A stretch of DNA of 64,000 nt from the human T2T-CHM13v2.0 reference genome, Homo sapiens. Positions within the stretch are counted from its first letter, which is position 1. Each line of letters begins with the position of its first letter. The stretch lies in NCBI RefSeq assembly GCF_009914755.1, contig NC_060933.1; one strand, 5' to 3'. Under the pieces are notes generated by a model. It saw nothing but the letters and a program-made list of their open reading frames with translations. It was not told the DNA's origin and did not search any database. The translations under genes were made by a program, and so were the position numbers. Shown in pieces: positions 29,900 to 48,774 of this stretch.

Positions 29900-31700
29900 A
29901 GTCTTGCAAGAAGTGAAGAGCATTGAAGACAGAAGGAACTGTCTGAAATAGTTTGGTATATTTAGAAAGCGTCAAGTATTTTAGTAAGGCAAGAATATAG
30001 GATGTGAATGAGTATTTGGACAAAGGGTAAGCAACCATTCAGGGGCCTGTATGTTTACTATGCTAAGAAGTTCCGACATCATCCTGTAGGCAGCCACGGT
30101 GTGTTTTCAACAGGGAATGACGTGTGTTCTGTGTTATTCTGGAAGCACTGTAGAGGATGATTTAGAAAGGGTGCAAGATTGGAAGCAAAAAGACAATACG
30201 AAGGCAAGAGATGATCAGAGTGTGAAGGAATGAGATTTGACAGGATCCAGCTACAGAATAGTTGTGAGGCATGGGGGAAAGGGAGGAATGCAGCATTTTT
30301 CCCAAGTGTAAGAGCCTTAGCTAATTGATCAGGTGCTATTCAGAAGAGGGAGCAGTTTGAGGAGAATAATAAATGCCTCTTAGATCCTGTGACTTAAAGT
30401 TTCCTTTGTGGCATCTAAGAGAGATGTTCTATAGGCAGAATGTAGGAGTCTGGAGCTTAGAGGAAAATATGAACAGATGAGAGTTTTGGGAGTCATGCAT
30501 ACAGGTGATTGATGAAGTTGCAGAACTGGTTATGATTGCCCAATAGGAATTATGAATTGAAGAACTAGAAGACCATGTACAGAGTCTTGGGAGAATGCCT
30601 ACATTAAGGGTGAACTGAAGAAGGACTCAAAGTCAGAAGGAACTATTCAGGGAGGTAAGATGAAAACAGTGGGAGACAATTATCAAAGAAGCCAAGGAAA
30701 AAGAATGTTTCAAAAATATCACCTGCTACATTGAAGTCAGATAGCGGGACTGAAAAGAGCCCACTGCATTTAGCAATTGGGAAATCTTTGACCTTTTAAT
30801 GAAGCAGTGGAAGCAGAAAACTTTGCAGGCCGGATGCAAAGAGAAGAAAGAGAAGGTAGCTGGAAGTGCAGAGGTTGGTGAGATGCTGTTTATTTTAATG
30901 AGGGGATTTTGAGTTTTAGGCATGAGGTAGAGAAAGATGCGCTTAGAGAATTAGCAAGGAAATAAGATGGGTAGTTAGAGAATGTAAATGGCCTGGAAGA
31001 GAGTAGTGAGTGAACCAAGTCAAATGGAGTTGGGAGTGGAGGAAGACACTTGGAGGCTGAAGGAATAACATGTGCAAATACTTCAGAGCAATAAGGAATT
31101 ATAGTCACAAAACTGAAAGAAGTACATTATAGGTAGAATTTAGAGGTCTAAGGAGAGAATAGGGAAAGGAGATAAAAAGTAGAAAAAGATGAAACTCGGC
31201 TGTGATGGGTTTTTCCTTAATTTTTCTTTTTTAACAAGTGACATCAGATTTACAATTCTACCAGCATCACTTGGTGATTGATTGGATGATGGAGTGGTGG
31301 TTTGGGTGGAGTCAAAAGAGATGAAAGAACCAAAGAGGATGCAAAACTAATGCCTAGGTTTCTGATTTGGTCAATGGCATGAATGATAATACCATTCACT
31401 AAGAGACCACAAGAGTGGTTTTGGATGGGAAAGATGGTGGATTTCGTTTTAAATGTGTTAAGTTTAAGATGACTGTTATGGGACATTCAAATAGCGTTAT
31501 TGAGGTGACCATTGCATATAGAGGTCATCTGGACTGCTTTCAGCATGTAGATAGTATGCAAAGACTTGGAGAAAAAAAGGAATCATTGAGGCCATAGAGA
31601 ATACATGAGATACCTCGTGAAGTATATGGAATGATAAGAGGGTGGGTCTTTACCAATAGCTCTTTCAGAGGGAGCTCAGAGGAAAGGAAACTCATGATAA
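29900..31700 (-). mobile_element. L2 fragments
   Basis: Purine-rich antisense L2 motifs (GTCTGGAGCTTAGAGGA, GAGTTTTGGGAGTCAT, TGTGTTAAGTTTAAGATG). Confidence 0.65.
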
Positions 31701-32504
31701 GGGAATTCCCAATAAATACATCGTAGAATCAGAAGATTGATTTTAAACAGTGCAGACACTTGATCTGGGTAGCTAAAGGCAAGAAAAATCCCCCGCCTAC
31801 CCCCGCCAAAAAAAAAAAAATTGCAGAGGCTTTGTTTTTGGCAACTGTCCCTATTTGTAATATCGATGCGTATTTTATAGGCCAGAAATTCTCATGCTTT
31901 TCCCTGTTCTGTTTTCTTAAATACCAGTTTCATCGTTTTAGTATAACATTTACACAGAGATTTCACAACAGGAAATCCAAGTGGGGCTTCATGTGTTGAG
32001 CGTAAGAAGTTCCATGTCAGGTAATTTCCTACATGTCTGAAGTTCCCAAACTAGTTTTATTGTAACCATAATAAAGGGCTCTTTTGAAACCCAGCTGCTA
32101 GCAGAACAAAACAGCTAAAAAGATAAAGTAGTAGATGCTGTGTAGAGGTGTGGGATTAGCAAACCTGCCAGAAAATACGTCTTTGCCACCTGTATTTTTA
32201 TTACCACCCGACATTTCAAAATCATTAATTTCTTAAAATATTAATGTGTGTGCTTGGTTATTTATATACTTAGCAGATGAATAGCAGGCTAAGCATTTAT
32301 TCATGAGGAATTAGTTGGCAGCTACCTGAGAGCTAACTGAAATGCTGTGGACAAAGGACACTTTATGGGTTCAAATTCAGAGTATTCAAAGGCGAGTTAA
32401 AAGAATGTCTGAGTCAGAGTTTGCTTCACATTTTGTCATAACTGTCCCTAGCAACTAATAAAGATTAGATGCTAACTATAATTAGAGTGCTAGTCAGCTT
32501 TCAA

Positions 32505-32632
32505 CTTTTGTTTTGTAGGGCAGTGTCTCTCTATGATGCCTAGGCTGGCTTTGACCTCCTAGGCTCAAGTAGTACCCTGGCCTCAGGCTCCCTGGTAGCT
32601 GGGACTATAGGCACATACCATGGTGCCTGGCT
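32505..32632 (-). mobile_element. FLAM/Alu monomer
   Basis: Single diverged monomer. Confidence 0.75.
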
Positions 32633-33146
32633 TGGAAAATAATTTTTAAAAGTTAATAAAATGAAACCTTTGGGTTGAGATATATCTTCAGTTTTGTAAT
32701 TAAAAATCTGCTTAGATTGTTTGAAATATTAAAATATGAATAACCATTAAGCATTATAATTTAAAAGAAATATGAATGTAAAATTCACAGATTCAAGGTA
32801 AGCCGTGGCGTCTCCTATAAAATTTGTTTTAAAGTTATTTTGTGTAGTATCTTTGATATAGTGTCCAGTGTTTTGTAATTATTAAAAAAGAACAAGGTAT
32901 CAAACTTCACTTTCTTCAGCAGACTTTTGAAAAAAGTATATGAAATTATATTCTTTAGTTATGCATTACTGCCTTTTCATTTCTTCTATTGGTATTCTTT
33001 CTAAAGTTGTTTATTAAAAACCTATAAAAAAACATTAAATTTGTAAGGTTAGCTAGTTTTTAAAGGAATTTGAGGAAGCTCATAGATAATGTAAAGCAAG
33101 GAAAAGTGGTTTTGTATCTCTCCTTAATAATTTCATCTCTTTATAA

Positions 33147-33299
<153 letters not shown>

Positions 33300-33603
33300 T
33301 AATATAATTACTTTTTAAGAAATTTCAAACCTATTAATTGCTTTTAGTAACATCAATTTCTACACCTCAGTTCCTTGGGTATAGCAAACTTAATAGTGCA
33401 TGAATACAAGGAATAAATTTGGCAGGTAGAGAAGCTAGAAGGAGATTTTCATTTCTAGAAGTATTTTGGATCATAATACTAGAGGATTCTTCAAGTCTCT
33501 TACACCTAAAATGCTAGAAATAATGTAATATGTCTTTTTTTTTAAATGCATCACTTGGCTTGTGGAACAGTGAAGTAAACTTACAAAGGGCAGAAACAAA
33601 ATC

Positions 33604-33917
33604 CAGTCATATGTTGCTTAATGATGGGAATATATTCTGAGAAAATGCATCATTAGACAATTTTGTCATTGTGTGAACATAATAGAGAATATTTACACCT
33701 AGATGGGTTAGCCTACTATCCACTTAGGCTATATGGTGTAGCCTATTGCTCCTAGACTACACTCCTGTAGAGCATGTTACTGTACTGAATACTGTGGACA
33801 ATTGTAACACAATGGCCTACACTGTACTTATGTAAACATCTCTAAATATAGAAAAGGTACAGTAAAAATACAGTGTAAAAGATAAAAATGGTACACCTGC
33901 GTAGGGCACTTAACCAT
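33604..33917. mobile_element. Tigger3 (MER7-type, TcMar-Tigger) fragment
   Basis: CAGTCATATGTTGCTTAATGATGGG...CATGTTACTGTACTGAATACTGT...GTAGGGCACTT. Confidence 0.85.
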
Positions 33918-34026
33918 ATTCATGAGAGTGGGGGGCGGAAAAATACTGCCCGAACAATCCAGAGGGAGTCTTGAGAAAGGAGGAGGAGGAGGAGATAAGA
34001 AACAGATACAAAAAATGAGATCATTA

Positions 34027-34325
<299 letters not shown>

Positions 34326-35149
34326 AAAAATCACAAAATAAGATGGTAGAAATATGTGCAGATATAATCACAATGATTATAAATGATCTAAACTCTAAAC
34401 TCTCATTAAATTATAAAGTCTGTTAGAATGGAGAAATGAAACAATGTTTAGTTCTCTTTTGTTTTTAATAAGCATATCTAAAATAAAGTGCTACAGAAAA
34501 GTTGAGAGTGAAAGGATGAAAAAAAATACATGCCAGGCAAATATGCAAAAGAAAGTAGATGTAGCTGCATTAATACTAGGAAAAACAGACTTTAGAGCAA
34601 AAAGTATTTTATAGATAATAGTGGTCATTAAACACTGACGAAAGTTTTAATTCACTGGAAGATAATTCGATTCCCAACTCAAATTCACATTATAATCTAG
34701 CTCCAAAATATATAGGCAAAATCTGCAGAATGCTAACAAGCAGTTAACATATCCATAATCATACTGGGAGAGCTATCAATAATAGTAGACCAGTCAGATA
34801 AAAAAATTAGACTACAAAAGATTTGAACAATGAAGTTAAGCTTGAACTAATGGACATATTATAAAAAGTGCACTCAACAACTGGAGAGTATGCATTCTTT
34901 TCAAGCACAAGTTAACATTTCTAAAAGTTAATTGTATACTGAGTCATAAAGCAAGTATCAAAAAATTTCAAAAAATGGACACCACGTAGACCATATCCTA
35001 TTTCTATTAAGATAGAAATAATAAAAAAAAAATTAAAAGTTAATGGATGGTTACAAAATGGAAGCAAATTCCCCTTAAGATTATAAATTATTTAAAATGT
35101 GTGTGTGTGTGTTTAGTGCTATATGGAAGACATTTATCAGGTAGAAGAT

Positions 35150-36520
35150 ACTTTTCTCTGTTAATAACTAGCCTTGTGACCTTGAGCAATTATCTGGACT
35201 TCAGTTTTTCTTCATTTCAAAGATGAGAGAGTTGGAACAGATAGCATCCAAGGACCAACTCAGATTTTTATGAATATTGATATATAGTTTTTTAATTGTC
35301 AGATCATTTAATCCCTATCTCTTTGTAATCGTCTGTTGGATTGTACTCCAGGGGCTGTACAGTAGGACTGAATTGGCTATAACAATTTTTACTAACTTTC
35401 TCATGTTGATTTTTGTCATGAAAACACATCTCATCCTTGAGTGATAGGATTTTTAAGGGAGGCTGTGGAGTGCAGTGTTTCCTAGATGACAGATTGCAGC
35501 CCTTTGGGTACACAGATGTATTTATGGGATGCCCAAGTTCTCAGCAAGAATATTTAATGTATTTTTGTTTAAATGCTAATATAAAAATTTAACAAAAACA
35601 TACTCTACACCATCTGTATGGATACTTTATAATAAGAACTGCCTCCTGATTTTTGTTTCCTCCTCATTGGTACCAAGTCTTTTAATTCTTGCAAGCTAAT
35701 GAGCAGATGTCATTCCTACATGGATGTCCTTGGTTTTCCTGTGAGGAAACAGAGAGGTTAAGTAACTGTCCAATGTTTAACAACTTGTATGTGGTGGAGT
35801 TGAGATTTGAACCTAGATAGTAGATGTTAAAACCTGTACTTTTAAGCATTAGGCTGTACTTGGTGGTTACAAGATAAGGCTTTTTTTTTTTTTTTTCTCC
35901 CATCTTTCTGGGACTCAGCTTTATTGTCTATAAAATGAATGTATACTTCAAGGTTGCTTATGAGTATTAAATGAGAAAAATACATGTTTAGTGCTTAGCA
36001 CAACAGTATATAGTAAATGCTTGATAAATGTTAGCTGTTGTCATCACTGTCATTATCACTATTAAAAAGATTACTATTTGTGAGGTATATTTTCTACCTT
36101 TTTTAATATTTATCACTTATTTATAGCCTGATTTAAGATCCAGTCTGATTTTTTTAGGCTCAGACTTTGTTTTCGGACTTAGACTCATAAGCATATAGAA
36201 ACTAGCACAGATATGTCTGCTTTATCATGTAAATTTCAATTATATTGCTCCTTTTAGAACGATGCTTGGTGGCAATTATATCATTAACAGGATAGGTAAT
36301 ATTAGCGTGGTTGTTAATATTTAACCTGCGCGACTGTAGGAAGTCTTCAATGGTAATAAGAAGCTTTGAGTGCTTAGTGGTTATACTATAGGACCTGTTT
36401 TCCCACAGGCATTTTCTCTTCTGTCTGGGTGTTTAATATAGTGGACAAGTACACAGGCTCTGGAGCCAAGATTTCCTGGGTTCAGATCGTTTTTCTGGCA
36501 CTTACTGGCTTTGTCACGAG
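35150..36520. mobile_element. Cluster of MIR fragments in intron 2
   Basis: MIR core motifs TGTGACCTTGAGCAA, GAGGAAACAGAGAGGTTAAGTAAC, GGCTCTGGAGCCAAG. Confidence 0.7.
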
Positions 36521-36770
36521 GTTGGTAAGAGGCTATGGAGTGCATAGGAGTTCGATAAATCTTACCTAATATTATTATTGTTGTTATTTGTGGGAGGGAA
36601 CAATGGAGGAACCCAGATCTGGGAGAGATACCTTAGAAAGTGACAGGAGCGAACATACAAGTGGTACCTGAAAAAAATCTTGATTTGACAAATAATAATG
36701 ACTGCTAAATCTCTGATTGTTAACCTGGGAATGTCACTACACAGCTCACTTTTTCTTTTTTATGTCTTAG

Positions 36771-36823
36771 GTTGGGTTTTTTGTGAAGAGAGGATGTTCT
36801 AGAGGCATGGTTGAAATTGAATT
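36771..36823 (+). CDS. SMC5: SMC5 exon 3 (VGFFVKRGCSRGMVEIEL)
   Basis: Polypyrimidine tract plus TAG acceptor, donor TT|GTAAGT; 53 nt, frame consistent. Confidence 0.96.
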
Positions 36824-36995
36824 GTAAGTGTTAAAAGTGCTAAAACTCCTTTTTCCTATAAAATTCTTAGTTTATATTCATGTTTTCCTGATGATTAGAA
36901 AAGAGTATTAATATAGTATTATGGCATAAATATTGGAAATAATATTTAAAGAATACTTAATCCAGATAAGTAAGGGGTTTAAAAAATATATTTTA

Positions 36996-37337
<342 letters not shown>

Positions 37338-38147
37338 TTAAAAAATTATCAAGGAAATGATAAGTTTATAGCAGGTAATGAAATAGAACTATACTACTAT
37401 TAAGTAGTCATGATGAAGTTGCAATATTTTTCACAAATTTAAAGTATCTGGGTTTTTTTTTTTTTGCTGATCTTGAAAGTAATACTTGCTTGTCTTTAAA
37501 AAACGCAAACAATGTAGAAGTGTATAATGTTGAAAATAAAAGCCTTCTTGCCATCATTCCTAATTCTATAAATAACTACTGCTAATAGTTTGATGAATCT
37601 CATGTATGACAAGGACTTGGTACTTCTGTCACCATTTTTTATTTTCTCCCTTATGACACCAATAATTCATCATAGTATTCTTTTCCCTTGAGCTTGGATA
37701 TTCTCAATTGGCCATTCTTGGCAGCTATTTTTGATAGACTAGAGTTGATGTTTATGATGAAACCAGTTGACCATCCTTGGTATATATAATTTTAATCCTT
37801 TACACATAAATATGCACATTATTTAGGTGATTTTTAGAGACTGTTGCTGTTGGAATATTAGTGGAAAGTTGTGGCATTTTTGAGCTGAAAAGCCTTTAAA
37901 GATTATCTGATAGCCCTACTATTTGATATGAGATGAGGAAACGTTCTTTTATAAAAAATTACTCAGTTTTTATTTATATAGAGATGAGAAAGATAAACAT
38001 GGAAGTAAAAAGAAAATAAATTTTGAAATACCCAACTTATTAAAATATGATAGAATTTTGTTGAAGAATATAAAATCAAGACCTGAAGAAATGGAGGTGC
38101 GTGATACGTTCCTAGAAACATAAAGTTAATGTCATTATTAACATGTC

Positions 38148-38450
38148 AGACCAGGTGCAGTGGCTCATGTGCGTAATCCCAGCACTATGGGAGGCCAAGG
38201 CAAGTGATTGCTTGAGTCCAGCAGTTGGAGACCAGCCTGAGCAACATGGCAAAACCCCATCTCTACAAAAAATACAAAAATTAGCCAGGCCTGGCTGCGC
38301 ACCTGTAGTCCTAGCTACTTAGGAAACTGAGATGAGAGGATCACCTGAGCCTGGGGAGGTAGAGGATGTAGTGAGCCATGATTGTGCCACCGCACTCCAG
38401 CCTGGGTGACAGAGTGAGACTCTGTCTGCAAAAAAAACAAAAACAAAAAA
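38148..38450 (+). mobile_element. AluJ in L1M fragment
   Basis: Full dimer with J-type diagnostics. Confidence 0.88.
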
Positions 38451-38757
38451 AGTCAATCCTTTGTAAATTAATACATACATTTGATACAATTACAATGAGA
38501 GTCTCAACAGGTAAGTTTACAAGTTGATTCTAAACTTCATCTTGAAGAATAAATGTGCCAGAAAACCCAAGGAGATTTTGAAAAAGCAAAGTTGTAAATA
38601 AGATTTTTGTCTACCACATGTTGAAGTATACTGTAAAGTTGTTGATTTAAAAATAAGCGTGATACTGGTATAGAAGATGAGAGGAGCAGAATGTAGAAAC
38701 CAGGAACAGATCGAAATGTACATGAGAACTTATTATAAAAGTGGCAGTTTAATTAAG

Positions 38758-40041
<1,284 letters not shown>

Positions 40042-40344
40042 TAATGTAAATTATTCAAATTGAGCTGTGATAATTATCTTATTATATAACTTTAAAAAAG
40101 TTAATTTTTTAAAGATAAATTTAGAGCTTTACCTAACACCCTACACATAAATAAAATTTAAGTATATAAACGTCAAGCACTTTTTCCACGAAGGTTCACA
40201 TGGCCTTGAGAGTACCAAATGTAAAACAGCTCATCATTAGTTGTTGAAATTATTGCCATTAAACAAGTATACTAACTGGCCATGTATTCCTTGAGTAGAA
40301 TGGTGGGTAGAATAATCTCTGGCATGTATTTATGTAGTCATTTT

Positions 40345-41735
40345 CCAAATATTTATTGAGTACCTATACATTGGGGATACTCTTCCCTCATGGAATTTAT
40401 AGTTAGGGGCATAAGGAGGGACAGTTAGATAAGTAAAATGTATATATGTTAGGTGGTGATAAGTGCTACATAGAAAAATAAAGCAGAAAAGGAGGATAGG
40501 AGTGACAGAGTGGAGTTTTACAGTTTTAAATAACCTGATCAGGAAAGATCTCACTGAGAAGATAGGATTTAAGCAAAGACCTGAAGGAGGAAAGGTAATG
40601 AGCATGGAGATAATTGGGGAAATAATATTTCAGGTATAGAGATTTGCAAATGCTAAGGCTCTAAAGTGGTACCCACAGTGACTGGATCACTTTGAAGGAG
40701 GAGAATAGTAAAAGATAAGCTGCGAAAATATCAGGAAGTCAAGCCTGTATTCATTGTAAGGAGTTGGCATTTATTCTGCATAAGCTGTGAAGCTGCCTGG
40801 TTTTTAGCAGAGGAATGATGTGATGTAACTTAAAAAGTTTAACCAGATTGGGTTGCTGTATGGAAAGTAAACTTTAAGAGAGCAAAGGCAAAAGCAAGAA
40901 TATCAGTTAAGTGACTAATAGAACAACGCTATGAGAGATGATAGCTTATGATTTGCTTATGAATTATATACAGAGTATGGGAGAAGGAGCAAGATATCAG
41001 GGAGGACTCCAAGATGTCTGGCATGATTAAGGGTAGAGTTTCCATTAACTGAGGTAGACAGACCTACTGCAGAAGGTTTTGGGAGCAGATCATACATCAT
41101 TGAACTAAGATGCCACCACTTGTAGCTTCCAATTAAAATTAAACTAGCACAGATAGTTTGAAATGTGCATCCCAGTTTCAGAGATGTTAAAATGTTTTTT
41201 TAAAAAAGGAACTTTTCGGAATCAAACATGGTAAAGTTTGAGATGCCTAGTAGATACTCAGGCAGAGCTGGGCACGGTGGCTCATACCTGTAATCCCAGC
41301 ACTTAGGGAGGCAGAGGCGGGAGGATTGCTTGAACTCAGGAATTCACCAACCTGGGCAACATAGCGAGACTCCATCTCCACACACACACAAAAAGGTCTG
41401 AGATTCAGGTAGAAATGTTTTTAGTGGGCAGTTAGATATATAAACCTGTCATTCTTGGAGAAGTCTGAGCTGAAGATAAACACATTTGGGAAATCATTAG
41501 TATTATGATGGATTAAATCACCAATGAAGCAGGGATAGATAAAGAAGAGTTCTAAGAACGTATCTGCTACAGTGCACCGTTTAGAGATTGAACATAGGGA
41601 AAACTAGGAAAGGAAACTGAGAGTTGGCTAGTGAGTCAGAAGAATACAGTACTTGGAAACCAGCACTTGGAACAACTTCAGGAGGAGTCAGTTGTCTATC
41701 ACCTGTGTCTGATACTGCTGATAGGTCAAGTAAAT
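40345..41735 (-). mobile_element. L2a fragments with nested FLAM (41266-41395, plus strand)
   Basis: CAAATATTTATTGAGTACCTA L2 3' end motif and downstream L2 motifs. Confidence 0.7.
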
Positions 41736-42928
41736 TGAGAACAGAGTTTATTATCCGCATTTATTGAGTTGGTCATATCATTTAAGTTGAAGAATTAATT
41801 AATTCCCTGATGTTTGCTCAATTTTGCATTCTTAGAATAACCCAGTTTGGTCATAGTATTTTTGATGTGTTGCTAGATGGGTTTTCTAGTATTTTATTTA
41901 GAATTTTTACATCCGTATTTTGTTTGTGAAAGATATTTGTAGTTTGAATGTTTGGTTAAGCTTACTGTTTAAAAAAATCTGATGTGTGTTATAGGGTGTC
42001 TTGCAAAAAAAATCATCTGGCTTTTTTTTTTTCTAACTATACTGATTTAATTTTTTTCTAACTACTGATTTCATTTATTTATAGTAATCGGTTGCTTAGA
42101 TTTTTCTGTTTATTCTTGGATTACTGTGGTTATTTATACTTCGTAAAGGATTTTCCCATTTTTCTTAGTTTTAAATTTTATTGACATGAATACCATCCTC
42201 TTATTTGAGTTTACTATATATATTATTTTATACAAAACAGTATGTCTTCTAAAGATTGACTTGTCAATTTTAGTAGTTTTTTTCAATGAACTAACTTTTG
42301 CATTTGTCGTATATCATGGTTTTCTATTTCATTAATTTCTATTCTTACCTTTACTGATTCTCATTTTTTGAAATGGATATTTATTGCACTAATTTTTAGT
42401 CTTGTTTACCCTAATATGAACAGTTAACGTTAAAAATGTCCCACTTACTACTTTAGCTCCATCTCTCAAATTTTAGTATATAGTATTTACTGTTTTTCAG
42501 TTCTGAATATTTTCTTTATGAGTTCATAATTAGAAGTTGTTTCTAATGTAGTGATTTTCTTATTTTTTAGTATTGGTTTCTACTTTGATTGTAGTGCAGT
42601 TAAATATATAGAGATACTGGTTTTATGTTACTCATCCTTTGAAATGTCTTTCTTTTTGTAGTGAACTTTAGTAATTGTTCTTTGGCTAAAAGAATAAGTT
42701 TTCTTTTGTAGATACCTGCAGTGTTCTGTATTTGTGCATTAGTGCAAGTTTATTAGTTATATTGTCAAATCTTCTATATTTTTGCTGATTTCAGTTGTCA
42801 GATTGATACCTTAATTACTGACAAAGGTGTATTACACTATTCCTCTATGCAGATTTGTGAATTTTCCTTGTCCTGTCAATTTTCGCCTTATGTATTTCTA
42901 GGACATTATTAGTTGCATCTAAGATTAA

Positions 42929-43212
<284 letters not shown>

Positions 43213-44049
43213 GTGAATTCAACTTTCTGTTGTTAGGTACTGACCTCTATCTTTCTTTTGCCTTAAAGTCCGTTTAGTTTGCCATTAATGTAGTTAGCAG
43301 CTTTTTTTTTTTTCCCAGTATTTTTCTCGTTGTCTTTTTTCATTCATTTCATGTTTTTAATATCTTTTGTTATCTCATTCAAACTAGTATAGCTGTATTA
43401 TTTTTTCTGGAGTCTTTTAAGTAAAGCATATAATCAATTTACAAATATATGTTTGAACTTATTTTTCCTGTCTTATTCTCTGCTTTTTATTTTTCACAGT
43501 CTTCAGCATTTCTTTTCTTTCTTGCTTTTGTTGGATATTTGTTTCATTTTTCCTTCTCTTTTGTCTTGGAAATTAGGCATTCTTTTAGTGGTTACTGGAA
43601 TTTTAGCAGGTATACTTGCTGGAGTCCAGACTTAATATCTGTCTTCCTGCTAAACAAAGATTTTACAGTACTTTGTTCTTAATAACTTCTCTGAACTTAC
43701 ATGCTTTTAAAGTTCTATCTTTTTAAAACTCCTCAAAACATTATTATTAATATAATATAGTTATATTAATTATGCTGTCAGTGTTTGTTTAGAATTACCT
43801 CAGATATTTCTGTTTTGCTTTTCATTCCTTCTTCTATTTCTGATTTTCTCTCTGGGATCACTTTCTGCCAAAAGGATATTTGAAGTTTTCTTTTATGAGA
43901 GTTTTCTGTTGGAACACTCAGTTTTTAATCTGAAAACGATATTATTTAGCTCTAAATCTTGAAAGATGTGTTTCATGGATATAACATTCTATATTGACAG
44001 GTCTCTTTTCTCATATTCAGAGTATAGTATAATATCATTGCTGTATTCC

Positions 44050-44516
<467 letters not shown>

Positions 44517-46115
44517 GAAGATGCTTATAAACTCATTTCTTTTTTTAAGTATGTTAGTTTCATATATATTTAGGTGTGGATTTATTTTTTATTTACTTTT
44601 CTTGGTTTTAATGACACTCTTAAACCTACGGTTTGGTGTCTTTCATCAGTTTTGCAAAGTTCTTTTTTATTATCTCTTTAAATATTGCCATTGACCCATT
44701 CTCTGTCTCCTAGAATTCTTATTAGACATATTAGGCTTTCTTAGTCATCCAAATATCTTTAATATTTTTGATTTATCATTCTGCATTATGTTATTTCCGC
44801 TAGTGTTCTTGATGCTTTGTCTTCTTGTGTGTGTGTTTGTAGCGAACTACTCTTCTTAGAACTTTATCTGTGTTAATTCTTTTAAGATAACATAGATTCC
44901 GGCAGAGGAAATTATTAACTTCTGCCAGAGACCATTGAATACTTTCAATTCAGAATCACAATGTACAGAATTCTCAGCTTGTGGTGGTAGCAGTGAAGTA
45001 TTTCTAGTTTACCCTTACAGTGAGGGTATATCGCTTAGATATGGCTTTCTATTGGACTGTCCACCTTGAATAGCTGTGGGCTTTGTCTGTTTTTGTCCTT
45101 TACCAGCAGATCATCAAAATGAGTCCTCAAGATCACTTGATTGGGCGAATGCCTTCAAGATGAAAGCCAATTTTATTTTTCCACTCTGGGTTTTCACCTA
45201 TACTATGATGTTAGCCAGAATTCCTTACTTTCATGCTAACTGATAAATTCATTTATGAAGATGTTTTAATATTTTATTATTTTTAGTTGTTTACAGCAGG
45301 AGGATCAGTAAGGGTACTTTATTAGTCGTTCTGCTGGAAATGAAAGTTTAAAACTACTTCCTTTAAAGTCATAAAGTCTTACTGTTCCAAGTGGTCTGGT
45401 TACAATATAATTTATATATACAACATTCATAAGTTATTATTGTCATTTAGTGATTGGATACCAATAATTTATCTTTCTGCCACATGCTGCTGAATCCCAG
45501 TGAAGAAGATGGATGAATAGATGGGAGGTGTGGAGCAGTAGTACTTCTAAAAGCGAGAAATAAGTAAATACCCTTCTTTCAGATTCTGTATTGCTAAATG
45601 TTCCTTTATATCCATGTGATGTAATCCTCTCTGAATTTAGAGTGGAGTACATGGTGAGGAATCCATGGGCTACCTGTATGGGTAGTTTTGATTTCTGGAA
45701 ATGCCACGAGTCAGTTTTCATTCATATGTTTTCTGAGCAGGGGGAGTTTCAAGGTTTAACTGCTCTACCCTTTAATATACTAACACATTTTGAATTGCAG
45801 TCAATGCATGTGATTGAAGAATAGCATAGTAATTAAAGGATAAACAACTCCAGCTATGTGACTCCTCTAGTAGTGTTTATGAATTAGTGTTCACATTTGC
45901 TTTAATTTTAACAGTTTAAATAATTTTGAATGTTGAGTAAGTAACTGATGTGGTCAATTATGGCATTATGACTAATAAAATGCCAAAGTTTCCTTCTTGA
46001 GGGGCCAAAATATCAAAAGGAGTAAAAATCATAATAATAATTCTATCTGGCACCTTTTGTGCAAGAGAATTTTGGGAATTTTATTTCTAAACTAATGTAT
46101 ATATTTTGAATATAA

Positions 46116-46307
<192 letters not shown>

Positions 46308-47322
46308 TGAGAGAAATAAATGTAAAGATGGGAAAATTTTGTATATAGTGTTTCCTTTTTATGCCGTTGAAGGGATATCATAATGACTGCTATTTAAATT
46401 GAACATAGCACTCTTACAGTTCTTTGTAAAGGTAGCATTTCATCACTTAGAGTATAATGTTATTAATTTGTAGTAATTTGGAAAATTTCAATTAGTAAAA
46501 AAGTCTAAATTAGAGTATTTTGAAATAAAGTATTATTTTTGAAGTTCAGAGAGTGGCTCAGATAGCTATGTGCTTCTATTTGTAGAACCTTAAAATGTTG
46601 TTAATGAACAACTTTTTAGTCAGTTTTTGTTCGTATACATTATACATATATTTGAGTCTACAAAATATTTGATATAATAAAACTCCTATATTTATAAGTA
46701 TACCTTCTAAAATCTTGTTATAGTTTATTAAACATAAAAAATGCTAATAATTTATGTTAAATGTTAAAGTCATATTACCTATTAAATTTGACTTTGAATG
46801 CTGTCTAGGGACAGCATTAACTAATATTAATTTCTTTTTTGTTCAGAAACACAATGATGATTTCATAATGAGCAAATTAAATAAAACTTAAACATTTTTA
46901 AAAGCTTTTTATTTATTTTAACACTTACCAGCTGATGTCAGATTATCTCCAGAAGTAGATGTTTGAAATTGCCTTTTTTTTTCCTTTTTAAACCCTCTAA
47001 CATTTCAACTGATATGTAATAGACAGTGATCATTTTCATCTTGGGACTATGTGTTCTTTTATTCCCAAACTTTTATTATACATATGTAGACATTTCAACC
47101 TTGAAATATTGGCACAGAAAATTTTTAAAGATGATCAAAAAGGTAACAGTTTATATCCTAAGTTTATCTTCATTATTCTAAAGAATAATGCACAAAAGGT
47201 TTATATCTCAAATGTTTTTTTTAATGAGTTTCACCTTGACAAGTGTAAGCATTGAGTGAAATACATTTTGAAGATATATGTAAATGAATGATAGTTGCTG
47301 ATATTTAATTTTTGTGCTCTAG

Positions 47323-47463
<141 letters not shown>

Positions 47464-48065
47464 TAAATAGACAACTCATTTGTATTGTTTCTTATTGATT
47501 TCTGTATCTCAGAACATGGGAGAGAGAGTAGTAGTATTGATTCATTGAGTGAATTCGTATTTGTGATTTTTTTTCACTTAGGATTGTACTGCTAATATCA
47601 GTTAAAGTGACAGAGTGAGAATGGATCTAATAATGTGAAGTTTAAAAAGGTTGACTATTTCAGCAAATACGTATTACTAATTGAATTTTTAAGGAACCAG
47701 TAACAGTATTATAAAAAAAAATTATCTCAGGAAGTTATTCTTTCATTCATTCAGTATCTATTAAACACCTACTATGTGCCAGGCACTGTGTAAGGCTTTG
47801 AGTAATAGAAGAGATACCATGTGCCATTTAATATAGCACTTCCGTTGAACCAATTCTCTCATGTATTTTTTTCAGTCACATGAGGGTAGACTTTGGAAGA
47901 GAATTACACATTTAGTTGGAATGTTGGTTATTTTCACCATTAATAAACATAAAAATGTACTTTTATAGCATATCCTTTGTAAAGGTGTTTTATTTAATGG
48001 ATCTTTTTTCTACATCCCAGCAACTAAAATAAATACAGTAAATTTTCATAATAAGAAATCTTTTA

Positions 48066-48774
<709 letters not shown>

